A DNA stretch of 55,937 nt, filler included, from Catajapyx aquilonaris (taxonomy: Eukaryota), in NCBI GenBank assembly GCA_000934665.2. It is 2 parts of 2 records of this genome, joined end to end, with 100 filler letters (N's around TTAATTAATTAA, not from the genome) between each part and the next. Parts side by side here need not be neighbours in the genome. Positions count along the whole stretch, not along the records: positions 1 to 27,558 come from JYFJ02005052.1; 1 more part is not named here. One strand, given 5' to 3'. How positions within the stretch are numbered: position 1 is the stretch's first letter; each line of letters opens with the position of its first letter. Below the pieces are notes generated by a model. That model saw nothing but the letters and a program-made list of their open reading frames with translations, did not search any database and was not told where the DNA came from. Shown here one piece after another: positions 1 to 15,083 of the stretch. The translations under genes were made by a program, and so were the position numbers.

Positions 1-150
1 AATATAGGCCACAGCCGCTTCCTTCCTTCCCTTTCCCTGCTTCATTCCGAAGATGAGAAAAATAGTAAAAAATGGAAGAGTTCCAGACAAAAAAAAATTG
101 GGAAAAATCCCCCCCTAGGAAGGCCCGTAGGCTGATAATGGGGTATCAAA

Positions 151-212
<62 letters not shown>

Positions 213-275
213 TACACACAGTAACTGTAACATGAAAGAAATAGCGTAGTAGTAGTAATAATAATAATAATAATT
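151..275. repeat. (TTA)n microsatellite with facing (TAG)/(TAA)n tract
   Basis: Direct reading; explains the poly-Ile/poly-Tyr ORF 42..278. Confidence 0.95.
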
Positions 276-1699
276 CATAATACATGTTAGTAATAATTAT
301 TAACTTGGCACAACAGTCAATCTTTTAAACTATCAATGATGTGGGAAGGGAAGTAATTCAAACAACACAATCACCCCAAAAAGAGTGAGAAAGGGAGTGT
401 TACATTAATTAATTCGCATTAAAATGGCCAATTATGCTGCGGCATAAAGTGGCCGCCAATGAACATCAAGTAACGTTCTGTGGCACTAGTTTATTCACTT
501 AATCGACGAGTGAGTGTACAGCACAACACGCACTCTCGCTATATTACCCTCCCAATCCCGCCCCTATACACACACACTCACTCACTCACACCACCCAACC
601 CCCCCAGGCTCCAGCCTTCCCCCACCCACTATTCCTCTCCTTCCCTCCCTTCCCCCAACAACCCTGCCTGGCACCAGCATGTCTGTTGCAGACACAACCT
701 TTACATCGCAGAATTGTTCCGCCATAAACTTGGCCCATCCGAACCTCTTTCATGGACTCGAGGCTTATAAATCTTGGAGAGTGAAGAAAGGATGGGACGT
801 GAAAGTGGGGGGGGGGGGGGNGTGAGAGGAGAGATGAAGGGATGATGAGGGGAGGGGGATGGAGCCAATATTGCCCCAAAAATGAACCATATTTTTTGGG
901 AGTTGCCACATGCGACAATTGGATAAGGCCTTGTTTTGGTTCCACTTTTTGTAGGAGACAGTTGTGACACCTGCGAGCCCAGCAAGTTGATATACTTCCG
1001 CGCCAAATTAGGGCGCAGTCTGTGATATTTCACCAGTGTCCACTGCTTTCAGGTACAGCATCATGTAATGGAATTCTTCAAATTGAGGAGATACTTGCGT
1101 CAAGCACGCTTGAGTATATGCTGTACTACACATGTACAGTACAAGTGTGGAGAATGTTGCTCAAAGTACTAAAATATTTTTTTAAAGTGCGCCAATGATA
1201 TTGGAGGTATGTTGATGAGACTCACTTCTGGATAACAACTCTTATAAGTTAGTAATATATTATTATGGCATCAACATTATGTGCAGCTTCTGATTGTTGA
1301 TTGTCTAACACTACTAACGTTAAGTCTGAAGATTTCGGTTTGTGCATAAGTTTTAGACTGATGTCAAGAAAGTAAACCAACCAGAGCGTTTGGTGCGCAT
1401 TCCGCTTCTCTGACGCATTATCTGTAGACTTATGCATTGTGAACAAACTTTGCTGTGCGTCTAAGCGTACTTTTATTGTAATTTTAAATTATAATCTAAT
1501 GTTGATGTTGATATTTGCCTGACCAAATTTTTGCATAGCCTACTGCATTACAATAAGGCTATGCCATAAATTAAAAGTTTAAAACCAAACATTATTTTAT
1601 TAGATTTTTTTTAAAAAAAAACATAAGTAATTTTTGGGGGTATTATTTTTTGTTGAAAAGAATGGATATTCCATTTCAGAATATTCCAGCTGAAATAGT

Positions 1700-2034
1700 C
1701 GTTTCAGTTAGTGAATTTTGCCATCAAGCTGCTTCTTTTAATACATTACTTTTAATGGCCATGAAAAATGTATTAGCTGCTAATATTAGGTTGCCTGAAT
1801 CCATCCTTTTGAAAGCCTAAAAGTGGGATCTGGCTCCCAAAAATAGATTCTATCATTGACTTTTGGAGCCTACTCTCCCAACACGCCTTCTACAACGGCA
1901 ATTCTTGCTTTGAGAAATAGCTTGGATTGATCATTTGATAGTTCTAATATTAGCAGCTAATACTTTTCGCATCGACTAAAATACCTTGAAAATTAAAGGC
2001 TCAGAGTTCCAAAAAAAAATCCGTAACTAAAACG
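1700..2034. repeat. Old, degenerate inverted-repeat element
   Basis: Perfect 20-bp IR at 1770-1789 / 1944-1963 plus outer CGTTTCAGTTA / TAACTAAAACG. Confidence 0.55.
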
Positions 2035-5000
2035 AACATTTCAATAATTGCAACACTATGCATAATCCGTAGTGCTTTTTAAATAACTAAAAGATCTCCG
2101 GCAACGTTATTGTTTATATGAACAAAGGAGACTGTTTTATATTACAACTGCCTATATCTCCATACTAATGCATAACTTACGAGAAAAACTGCACATTTAA
2201 CGGATGTTAACAAAATGTTGCCTCTGTGCTAGAGGAGTCGCCCCTAAGCAGAATTTACATTACGTTAACTGTGCCTATCCGCTTTCTAAAGTAGTTTTTG
2301 TTCATCGTCTAGAAAACACGCAATATAACATGCCACAGTTCACTTGCACAGGAACAGTTTGGAAACAAAGCATTTCATGCTTTACAGATATTAATAACAA
2401 GTAATAAAAATAACATGTAGCAGGTAAGTTGATCATAAAATGAGCCAAGGCCAGTCACTTCCACAATTCCAAGCCCTGACAGCCATCCAATGAATGACAC
2501 TACAATACTAACTAGTAATTTAACAAAAATATGAATTAATTAGGACTACTCGATCACAATTGAACCACCACCATCACCACATCAAGGCAACAAATATTGC
2601 CTTGATCTACCACATACTACCACATAAGGATAAAATTAAGCCCCCATCCAGCCAAATCCAATTGTATAAAATGAAAATGCAATTTATAGATAAATGTTCC
2701 ATCAGTTCATTAAATTGTAAACCCATGATTAAATTAAAGTGTATCCGTATTCGAGGTGCGACGAGAATGGCTATACGAACAACAAAACACGAGGTGAGCA
2801 ATGCCACAAAACACGGGCTCAAAATGAAACCGGGCCGCCATGTAAAATGCATGCTCCTATTTTCTTTCTCTTATCTGCATAAAAGCTTAGTCTATTCAAA
2901 TAATTTTCGCCACGAACCACAATTTTAACCTTTTACAAAAGGCAAAGGTCCTAAAAACTGACGATTTGTTCCGGTTACAGAACTACATATTATTGAGCGA
3001 GTAGCGGTTACTTTTATGCTAGCCAGAGATTTTAATATCAGCGAGATTCTTCCTTAATTAATGTTTCGGTCAGCGTACATTGTTCCCACAGTATAAATAT
3101 AGTCCGGGGTTTCTAATTTTAAACCCGAGCCATTAACTAACCAAACACAGCGCAGGCCTATGCGACTGTGAAATTCGGATCATTGGGGAATAAACCCAAC
3201 TATCATCATCCGCCAACGGGTTTTGACGTACTAGAGCCCTGCAAACATTTGGAGAATCATCCGCCACGTTCCCACACTTCCACTCAAACGCTACTAATCA
3301 CCTACATCTCATTAAAAAGAGGGCTGGCATGCCATGGGTTTTTAGCGTGAAAGCAACTTCCCAAGGTCTTTTCTTTGCCGCTTCTGGAGCGAAAGTGATC
3401 TTCGACGAATCGTGCAATTATTTCCCGCTTCAACAATGCGAAGATTAGAGGAATCAGAAGAATGCTGATATAGGGAAAGAGCAACGGACAGTTTGGGAAT
3501 TAACGAATTGCAGAGGATTTTCACAGCATGGACAGCTTTGCTGGGAAAAACTGCAGGGCATATCACATATGATCGAAAAGAGTTCGAATGTGCACATCCA
3601 TGCTGGACATCCCTATATAGTAATGTCCATAGAAGATGATGATTGTGATTGTACTGGCGAAAAAAACGACGACATTTTGTAAGGAGTCATTTTCTCTAAC
3701 ATAAGACAAAATGACAATATAGCGGTGGTCATGCCAATGTATTGGAGACATACATAATGTACTGAACTGTGTCACATTTTGATATTGATACAGTGAAGGA
3801 ATGAGACACTTTTCACACTCATATTCCATACTTTTCTACCTCTTGGACGTCACGTACGAAGGATTTTATTCCTCTCGAGAGCAGCTGTTACCTCGATATA
3901 TTGCACTGTAATAATGTGAGTGTTTCCTTCCTGAATTCTTTTATTTTGGGAGCACAATTGTAGATCACATCATTTCTGCAGGCAGCACTTCGTCTGTATA
4001 CAGTATAACAGGGTAAACAGAAAAGCGTATGTTTTCCGCGACAGTGCAAAGCATTGCAGCATTTCAATTTTCATGACAGAAAATTGTTCATCGCTTGTTT
4101 CATCGCTTATTATACTACCGCAAGGCCATGCAAAAAATGACTAAAATTGGTATTGAGCTAGGAATAACCGAACTACCTAGCTCTCTATGTAACACCTTCA
4201 GCCCCAGAGTGATGTTTCAGCATTTTGACCTTTCATCATGCTGTCTGTGCCTTCAAAGCTCTGGCGAGTATTTTCATAACTTCGCTTGTTAGGAGGAAGT
4301 CATCCTCAGGGTAGGCTTCTTGAATATACTAAATAAGCTCAGCTGTTGTTTACCAGGAAGTGCAGAGGCGAGTATCACGTTGAACCTGGGTCATCATGCT
4401 AAGGAAGACTTTGCACTGTACTGTACTGCATGGAAATTGTACGCTGCTATTGATATTTTATCTCCCAGCACAGATGCAACACGGCTGCCCGGACTCTATT
4501 TACTCACTTTTCAATTTTAAATTGCATAAATAATAGAGCTCTGTCAAGCTTTAACCAAAAATATGACCATTTAGTATTGCAAGTAAACAGTCATATATTA
4601 AAGTTGTATTATTTCGATGGAGTAGGCCTACTAATCACTGCAGTACATTTTATAGAAAATGAAATAGACATCTCTGCGACTTTCAAAGGTCATAAGTGGG
4701 GGAAGTGCCCTGTACGGCTGTAATTCCTTCTGTCAAAGGGTCTACGAGCCTTGCAGACCATTTGACTTTACTCTTACAGTGCCACAGAGCTGCTTGACTC
4801 CCGGGCACACCGACGGACCTTTTCAAAACCGCACGATCTAAAGTTGCTGCCTCTATGGGGAAAGTCCTGGTGCCGAGGTAGCCTCACATGAACTGAGACA
4901 TTAACAACCTTTTTACACTACAGAGTGTATTTAATAAGTTAGCACACAACCACATCGTAAATGTCTCGCGGACCATAATTTCCACTCGTCCTTGCGACCT

Positions 5001-8000
5001 TACCTTCAAGTCTTCATGGAATCATACGTATACAGTACAGTTGAAAATCTCGTTTAATGGGCTTTTCAACGTTGTGTGTTACTTACTGGCAAATTGGACG
5101 TGAGGCAACAGGAGGTAATAGAAATGAGAAACTCGGATGTGAGCTAACTTATGAAACAGGAGGCATTACATAAATATTTTTGTCTGTGAATAAATGCTTA
5201 CTTCAGGTTAATGTCAGCGTAATTCATAAATAAAATTATGTAATCATTAAACTATTATCATTTATTCACATGTGTTACCGGCAAAAACCAGCGGGTCCGA
5301 TATAATGAATGTCTCACTAGTTAGGCATTTTCTTTTCTCCTCCATCCAGCACCTTAGGAAATGGAACACTTAAAAGCAGGAGGATGTTGGGCGATTCTCT
5401 TTCAATCTGAAGAGTGGTCTTTGGGAGCGGTTGGGACAATGACGAATCCATGCTCCAAATGTCAAATGGGGCCATTGTGGGTGGGCAGCCAGGGGCACTT
5501 CTTTTCAGCGGCTGGGGATAGATGGATGCTCCATTTACCAACCTCCCGCACACCTCATTTGTTCGCTATATCTCAGAAAGAGCTCCATCTCCGCCTGCCC
5601 TGCAAATCAACCCGCCAACTTGCTGCAAACATTTCCAAATCCAAAATGTGTCCAGTCAGCAGCGTTTCTGGAATTGAGCGATGTGTAGTCAGCCCAACCC
5701 AGCCTGCCAGTGCTTGCTGTCCCCAGAGTTCACAGCATATAACCTTCCGCTTCCATTACAAAGGGTAAAGAAGCCCTTTTATGTATTTGCATCCAATGTG
5801 GTCGACAAAATCTACGCCCTCAGACCATTAGCAGGGAATAAACATGGCAATGAGAGGCTGTAGTAATTGAAAGACTAGCCTGCCTGCTGTTAACTAGTGT
5901 ACCTGGAACTATTTCAACCCTAATTAACATATAACAAGTAAATTGCGGCGGTGACTATTATGCTTCTCTCTACAGCCGGTTGCGCATACACAACAGTAAC
6001 TGTGTACTATACACGATGAATTCGCAAATAATAATAACAGCAGCAACAATATTATATTCAATTGTATATTATTATAATATTGCATACATTAGTACAGGAA
6101 ATATTGCTTGCTATACAGAAAATCCGATATAGTTGACGGTATTGAAATTCGATCCACCAGGTGGTGTTGAAGCCAACAAAAACTATCATTTGCCCCCTGC
6201 TGACTTCGGACCTGCAACCTGGCGTGTCATTTCAAAGGGCGTACCGGTGTGGCGATGGCGTAGCAAATCCGGACTATAAATATCTACGACCAACATTTTT
6301 TTTTACATGTAAAGAAAATCGAAAAAGCTATAATGACCACTCCCGCAAAGTTTACACAGAAAATAATCCCTCTTTTATTTCATTTATAAATCGCAAATTT
6401 GATCATCCCAATAGCAAGTGAAAGGCAGTAAATAAGTTTGGAAGAAGGTACTCCAACCGAGCAAATTTTCTCCGCTGTCTGAGCAGGACCGTGCAAGCTG
6501 TATCTCTTGTCTGACTGGTGATTCTTCTTGGCGTTTCGCACGCAGAGAATTTGTCAATAAAGCATGAGGCCGCGAGTGAAATAAAGCAGTGAATGGGGAC
6601 GCAACGGGAGGAACGTGCGGCATCAAGCCTGCTGTATACTGTAGATACCATACCCGAAAGTTTCTAGACAAAATATCGAGTTTGATAGCAGTGATGTGTA
6701 TATGCATGTGCGTGGAAAGGGCAATCCCATGGGTCGGAGAATCTGAGCCAATCAGCTTGGGACTGACTCGAACATTTTGCCTGCAATCTTCCACCTCCTT
6801 CATGGCAATTTTTCACCTCCCCCATTTTAGGGAAGCTGCTGCTGCATTGGAGCTCTCCTCCTCCTCCTTCCCCCCTTACTCCCAGCATATTACCAAGGGA
6901 AAATTGAGGTCATCAATTCCAAGGAGAGACCTTTGTTCGTGTAGGATTATGGCCTGTAATGCTTATTAATCACCATAATTACTTCAAGTAAAATTACCTT
7001 CATTCACTTGTGATATCTGCTATTATCGCACGGATGGGCAAGACGAGTGTACGAGCCCCGGATTTTATGACTAGATCTGATTAGAATTAGGAGGAAGCTA
7101 GTGCCCAAGTAACGCTTCGTTGCCATCGAGCGGATAACATCACCTTCCCTGCTGAGATGCCCACCTGGCCATGTTCAGATTATTTGTATCACGTATGCAG
7201 CTAACTTATATAGGGACATGGTCAATCGTCCAAACGGCGGCTGCTGTGCCACCCATTAGCTCGGATAGTATTTTTCTGCACCCAATAAAGCACTCATACA
7301 CATTTCTGCAGTCTAGTTCCGAGCTGGAGCCGGGCCATAATCGGGGGCCGCTTACTAGTAGTGTATTAGCATATGATGAATAACCAACCCTTTTTCCGTC
7401 TGCGCATGAGGGAGTAACTGGGTAGACGCTCTCTATATTCGTTGAAAAATGAAACATGAAAGCTATTACATAGGCTTGCGTGTTGACAGCAAAAATATTC
7501 TAACCTTTCACATTTGCAAATGTGGAAAGGTACTGTACAGTGCAGTGGGCCAATGCCCAACAACATCTGCTCGTGTAAAGTAAACAAGGAGAAATAACAG
7601 TACTAATGAGTGTAGGGAATAGCCCCCTTTGTATACGTATAAAGTCGGAGCCTTTGTGCTCGGAATAGGAAGTAAAGCCGCCTCCAAAGATATTTTTTTT
7701 GCAGGTTAACTCGGCCCTAATAGAATTAAACTTTCAACATTTACACCATTAATTAGAAATCCTGTTCTGTCCGGAAATCTGATTATTCTTCTCTCCTTCC
7801 TAACTTATTCTTTTCTAGTTGCAGAGAGAAAAGGAAGAAGCAGAAACTGGGGGTGGATGGAAAGGGCACCATCTGTCTGCGTCAAAGACGTTCTTGATCC
7901 AGCCCCAAATCCCGTTTTAAAATTTATGACGTTTCGTGATTTCCATTAGGAGAGGCCAGAAGCCTGGGATGGGGTTTCCAGAAGTGTTCTCGGGAATCCA

Positions 8001-11000
8001 GACCAGCTTCAAGATCATACACCTGTCCCTCACCCTTACATTCATTTACCACCTTTCTGCACACATTTCTGCAAGAAGTGCTTTATGATGTACCTTTTTG
8101 ATTCAATCAATAAGCATGTTTATGGTGTTTTAGCAGTCGAGTTAACTAAGTCATTTGAGTTTATTTGGCGTGAAGATAATTACATCAGTAGACAAAATAG
8201 TCAACACATTTACTTCTATTCCGGGTAAATAAATTCAATTCTAGTAGTCATTAGTAGAGATGTATATTTAATGAGGTAATGGAATTAAATATTATTCATA
8301 GTGGAACGAAGCATTGCTGCACTACTTAGCGCAGTGGAAATGTCATCAATACTGCACGAGCGCACTCTGCAGCATAGTCTACAGTACCAACGAATTTAGA
8401 GCCAGCCTTCTGCACAAAGCAAGTCTAATATCATTCGTAATTAAGTATTTATAAGCGTTAACACCAAAAATTACATTTCGTGATACTCTATGTCTATAAT
8501 GTGATTAGACTATAGGCCGTGTGCTGCTACTTCTCGTCACAAAGTGCAAAAAAACTCTACATACAAAATTTTCTGCACTTTCCACGAATACTTGAAAATC
8601 AGACACATCGAAAGAACATCTCGGCAATTAACTTGGGTTATGGCAGCAGCTGCTGAGGATATACATAATTACAAAAACTTATATTGCCAATGGATTCCAT
8701 GATAACTGCGTGCTATTTATTACAAAGCCATGAATTAAATACCTCAGCAATGTGGCTGCAAACTACATGCAAGAGTATCACATGCACCAGACTTGCAATA
8801 AATATAGCCTGTACAGGATGTAATGAAATATTTAAATACGTAGTTTTTTTCAGCATTAATTAATTAATGACCGAGAATAATGCATAAGGCCCAACTTTCC
8901 TTACTACTATACTACTATACTAGGCCTGATTTCTACTTGAGTTTTATCACATCCGTTTGAGATATGCGCAGAAACAGCCATAAAGACACTATCCCCGGGC
9001 ATTCATCCGAATAACTAAATATATGAAGCCATTTTGGGAGCTATTCATTCTTCATCAGCCTTGAATCCTACCTTTTTCCTCATGAAAAAATCCATAGCAG
9101 AAGGAAAGAAATTTGACTCCAATGCTTGTTAGGCAGTTTAAAATATTTCTGATAACAACCAATCAGTGAGTAATTTGTCTAGGTTTTGATAACGAGCGGC
9201 TTGTACAGTGTTTTGGCATACCCATTACGGCATATTATCCAAACTTGAGATGCTCCGCAAAAAAGAGAGAATGTAGACGTCCAACTCCAACAATATTATT
9301 GCAGTTTAATTTAACGCAGAGGGAAATTACCGTACCGTACGGTAATGGCGCAAAGGAAATGATAATGGGTGTTCCGAGTGAGATCAAAGGAGAGAACATG
9401 TAAGAGCTTATAGGTATGCTGCAGATCTTGATGACATATAGGGAACACTTAGGCAGGGCATTAGTTTTCTCCTAGCCCTTCACGGCCTTTTGTTATGCCA
9501 ACAATGCACCAAACCGATTAAACGGGAACTGAATTTTTAAGAGCCAAGACCCCACCTCCCAGTAGCCTTTCACGCCAAGCCTATCTTGTTAATAAATAAG
9601 GGCCATGGCCATAAAAAAATTTTATGGCTGCACTCCTTTGTATCGCTCTTCAGAATGTGCTAAAGAAACCCAGTTGGGACAGAGAGAGGCTTAAAATACA
9701 TATCCACTAGCATTCAAGCAGAAAATGAGGCTATGTTTAACGTTCATACGTACCCCCCCCCCCTCCCCCATGGTTGTTAATCCGGTGAGATTAACTTGCC
9801 TACAAAATACGATTAAGCCTCACATTTTAATTAAGTTGTTGTTCGATTTCCACAAATTGCAGGCAAATAATGCCACGTTAAACATAGTTTCTAGTTTGAC
9901 AACAAATCGATATTCAACATCCTCGTTATTAGTCTATAATTATGTGCTTGAAAATGCGTACATATATCGTTTGACCAGCGATTTTGGTATGGCAGAATAA
10001 TTTTTAGTCACCACTGAAATGCAAATGTTTCCTTCCCGAGAGAGAGAGCCACAAGTTATCCATGGTATATTTTACGATTGGGTGTACATGCTAACATATT
10101 CCAATATCAGGTGCAGAAATTCAATAGTCTTCCTGCATGCGTCTGACGGATGATAATTCAATGACAGATGTACTGTAAAATGCTCAAATCTAAGTCCGTA
10201 CATTTTTATAATGTGCCTGAAACTTTGAATTTCACTTTATTACTGAGGAATGATCCGTGCATGTAACTTATTCATGCACTTCCACTTGTCAGGAAAAATG
10301 GAAATTATTCATCACTCTGGATAATTTTATATACTTTGTTCTAGTGCGTAAAATGTCAAATGCATGTATTCATTTCGTGCATAATCCATTCACTAAATGC
10401 ACGTAATGCATAAAAATATTCGCCCTATACTGCAAGCTAATGCATTAAAATTATGCGTCGTGTGCATAAAATTAGTTGGAATGATAAATAACTTCATGGC
10501 CTAGGTACAGTACATAAAGTGAATAGTTTATGCAAACATGTTCATATTTGATGTACTTTAAGTTTTGAGTGTGGAGCTCTGCAGTAGGCTGCTCCTTAGG
10601 CACGGCAAGTATAATTTTCCTATCAGAATATTCCAGAGTTAATGAAACCAGCACAAAAATGTTCACGCCTCATACATTCTGAGATACCCTGCATGCTGAG
10701 CACTAGTACTGCACACTGCAAACGCACAATATCGTTGCCAGTGCCAGATTGTGTGCCCTTTGAGGTGCTCTTGTGAGAGACGCAAACACGCGCGTATTAC
10801 CACTGCAACGATGTTTAGGGGGGGGGGGGGGATGTAGTTCCAGCAAAAACTTCGCCCCGAAACAAAACTAGCAAAAGCAAGTTAGGCGATAGCACGCCTG
10901 AGCTGGGCGAAAAAAAATAATCCTGAAACTGCTGCGGCTTGCAGATTAAAGACGCACTTAACGCATTAATGCTTGGCGAGCGGATTTTACAACGGCAAGA

Positions 11001-14000
11001 TGGACACGGTAATATTTTTAGTGGGTCCCAGATGGCACTGATGAGTCCCGAGCTCTGTTGCCATTTCGACCGCTCTTCCTGATGACGACTCTGCATACCC
11101 ACTAACTTCTGTTTCTGCTTCTCATCTTTGATCCTACGCCATTACAAACTCCGCGCATCTTTTAATGACCCGCCCCTGGGGTTTGAAAATACACTCGCAA
11201 TTTGCATGGAAAGAAAAGTGCAAAAAAATAAGAATAAAAACTAACAGCCCAGAAAACTGAAAGATGCGGCTGAGTTCACATGCAGTGGGACAAAAAAAAA
11301 TAAATGTCTGGAATTTTCTTTAAAATGTATATTGAGACATTTGTGGCTGTTCCAAACTCATTCCCGCCTTCCCTTAAAAATAATTGCTGAGCAGCGCAGT
11401 AAGCTGGGCAGCCGCTCGTAAATTAAGGCCAGAATGAATCCGAATGGTTTACTTGTAGCACTTAAAATTCAAAAGCGGCGTAATTCCAACAGCTAGTCGT
11501 GGCAAGTTGATTTGCCCGGATCCATTCCCCCTGCATTAGACGATTAGGCCCAGAGCTCCGGATCAGCCCTCTCATACGTGGAGCTTAAGGTTATTCCAGT
11601 TGATTTTCCTGCACAAACAACATACTAATATTACTGCAGCATTCGACATGCATACGAGCCTCCATTTTTTTTCAGTTAAAAAATGGAGTTTTTGACGCAA
11701 TCCGGAACTAACTGGGGCTAGCACCGAGCTTGATTTGGGGGTTCTCTGTACTCTTTATACATTGCAATGCAATTATTGGGTATGCGGCGTTTATTACAAT
11801 GTGTGGCTACTATACATCGCATTACACTTGGTAGGGCAAGCTCACATTTACTGCAACAAACGCAAATAATCATCATTTTTATGGAGGTAATCATCATCGG
11901 TGGATGCGGCTCCTGCATATATGGGAGACAGCCGATTCACATTCATAAACTGTGCTCTTTAATTGTAGCAGTAAAAATGCATACATACTCTTATTTAAGT
12001 AAATGATGTTAATTTGGCTAGAATAACTGTAAGTGCCCGTGAAGAACTCTCCTTTGTAAATTCATCGCTCAATTTATTATAAGGCAAGTACCTGCGTCTC
12101 TTTACCTACAGTATCTCTTAGAATAAAAATATTACAGTACATAATCAGTCATGTAAATGCTAGCCGCAGGGTTTTTAGTTTTTACATGGTCGTGGTCGTG
12201 CTTTTGACGAGAACTTTGTCTCAGAAAGTTTACATAATTTCCGCAATGAGATGAATACCTGTGGGCTGATCCTGGCTGGGGTACAGTATTAAAACAATAA
12301 AAACTAGTTGTCCGGTAGTATGGGATGAAATTAACATAAGCAGAGTCACAGCATACCGGTACCTACACACAGAGTGTTTTTAAAATGTTATAAGCGTGAA
12401 ACCACAGGTGCAGGACACCTGCGAGTGATAATGAAGTCAAAGTCACTCTATTTAGATGAAAGAGGCCTACATTATCCCACTGACATGGCGAACTCTCTAT
12501 TATGTTAAAAGACCTGAAGCGCGCATCACTTTGCCTATCCAACCTCTCCATACCTGTTTCATTGTGTCATATACAGTATTGCAACACAGGATTTTGACTG
12601 CAACAGCCTACCCCCACATAAAAGCCAAGAGAGGAAAATGCTGAAATATTGACCGCCACCTCATCAAGTGAAAATGCTAAAGGTACATCCAGTCAATCGT
12701 GCAGGCATGTTGCACCGAACGATCCATCGGAGCAGAAAGGTCACATTTTACAATAATGAACCCGACAATCAATTTTAATTAAACACACTTTCACAGGTTG
12801 GATCAGCCTCACCTCCGTACAGTATACACCGACAGTGCATAGCATAAGTCATCAAATTATTAAGACAAATCAGGACGATCAGTATGAGGCTCCAGACCCC
12901 CCAGCGCACGGTCTGGTACTAACTACCCCCCCCCCCCTCCCCTCGAAATGAACTTTGACGTCAATGTTGTTAGCTTCCCCCGACCTACACCTGGCAAGCA
13001 GATCAAGAGCCGGATGCAAGGCAATCGAATCCGGAATGCCGATCACACGCAGGCATAAAATCCGGGGACACTGAGCCTCCAGAGGAGACGAAGGCTCCCT
13101 CCCCCTTTAAACCCTCCCACTACCCCCCCCCCCCCCTCCTACACGAGAATCTTCTCTCATTCCGAGAGCTCCCTTCCTTCCGACCTACCTTGGGTAGGAC
13201 TGGTAGAGTCCTATGCCAACCCCGCTCCTCACATGGCAATTTCATGCAAAGCAGCCATCGTCCCTCAGATTGGATGCGGTTCCGGGATAACCGATTGGTC
13301 CCTCTTCCTGCTTTCACTCCCTCTCCAAATGCTGCTGCAGACTCCTCACCGGAACAAGATCAATTCCAACTATCCCACCTCCTGCTCAACTTAACTCTGG
13401 AACTCTTTTTTTTTTGTATGATTTCCTCACAATATTACTTTTGTCAGCTTTTACCCTATGAGGTCTGATTTCCCTAAGGTCGTTACTCCTGACCCGGTTG
13501 TGGTCCAGTAATATGCCAACAGCTAGGCTGTCTCACGACTCACTACACAACTGGTATTCACGCCATCTGTTAGCAAAACTGCCAACTCCCACTGGGGATA
13601 TCGCAACCCAATTGGAACAGTGAACGTACACTCTTAACCATTTACATTATAAATTACCTTCTATGTGCAAAATACCTTCTAAATATGGAAGGTAAGGAGA
13701 AATATAGAAGGTAAAGAGACACGTAGTGCATGCCAAGACGATATAAATATTAGGTTATCTTACTAATCTACAAAGGGCATTCCCCTCAGTGGCTGGTCCT
13801 GAGAAAAAGCGCATAAATTTTCTGGAATACGTTTTTCTTAGGAGGAAAGCAAAAGCTTCTGGAAATTTCTAACGGACCCATAATTTGCGCCTGCAAATAT
13901 CCGTCAAATGGACTTCCTTCCAAAGCAGTGCCGAACGACAGAAAAATATGGGACAAAACTGCGGCGATTTGACGCAGCTGCTTTTTCCTACACTACGTCA

Positions 14001-14932
14001 AAGTCCGGACTCGGCTGGAAGAGGGGGTGGATAGGGGGCGGGGGAGGGACTCTCGTTTGCCCGGAAAATCTGGGGCATTTTTCTTCATCTGGCGACACCG
14101 GAATGTAATTAGACTGCGGATTGAGGGAGATGGTGGAGGCTGGCAGGGATAGGAGAGACGAGGACTGAACTTAACTCCCCAATTTCCTCTCTGCCTCAGC
14201 GCCTCCAAAGACTCATCAGAAAAGCAAGGCGCTGGAAGAGATGCCTACCTGTCAGGATCAAACAGCACTAACTTCATCGGATATTTTTTTTTGTCGTCGT
14301 TGTCGTCGCTCAAAATTAATTTTGGAGGCTGTACGTGTCGCACCTGTTGTTCAACTCCGTCGAGCTTGGGTAATCTGCTCAAGTTCGGTGATTGTGACAC
14401 CCCAATGAGGATCCTGAATGTCGGTCGAGATAACTGATAATGGGGCTGGATTGATGGTGGGGAATGTGAAGCATAAGAATTTGCTTTTGCATGTTTCGAA
14501 CTGCTGAGCACAAAATAAACAGTTGAAATTTTATTTAAACGTGTGAAATTTACCATAATTATCTGATATATCCGGACAGCATAACAAAATAAATATATCA
14601 AAACTATTCAATTTATGGTACAATACTCGAATCGGATAACACTAGCGCATAGTTTCGGTCAAATTCAGTGTCGTGTGATATTGGCTGTGAGGCGCATCTG
14701 GTGATACATGTGTGTGTCGTTTATCTTGGTAGGTTGGAAAGTTCGATGCGATTGGTATTAATTGGTATTAATTCGTCAGTCAGAGCTGCCGGACTGATTG
14801 ATGGATTCAAATCTATCGTACAAGTGACCAGAATCAACTGCAAAATTTCTGTCAGCCATTTTAAGAGACGTACTGTATACACCCAAAATCTGTATTATTG
14901 TCAGATAAGCACAACTATGTACAGTTGATGTA

Positions 14933-15083
14933 CTATGTCGGTCTCAATTAGTTTCGGCCACTTTATCCTGGTCTTGAAGCAACCCTACGCACAGGCCCCA
15001 CGGCGAGGAGGTGATATGTGTGTCCATGTGAAGGGTTGCTTCAAGACCAGGATAAAGTGGCCTAAACTAATTGAGACCGATAG
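14933..15083. mobile_element. Hairpin MITE (Tc1/mariner-like, TA-flanked)
   Basis: About 50-bp near-perfect inverted arms TCGGTCTCAATTAGTTT..CCTGGTCTTGAAGCAACCCT, TA at 14931-14932 and 15084-15085. Confidence 0.8.

Noticed and set aside
4718..4779. pre-miRNA-like hairpin
   Set aside because: Stem is short and interrupted, and matches no miRNA I recognise.
6193..6206. CTCF-like motif (also near 13561 and 43861)
   Set aside because: Partial motif matches only, at chance level for 56 kb.
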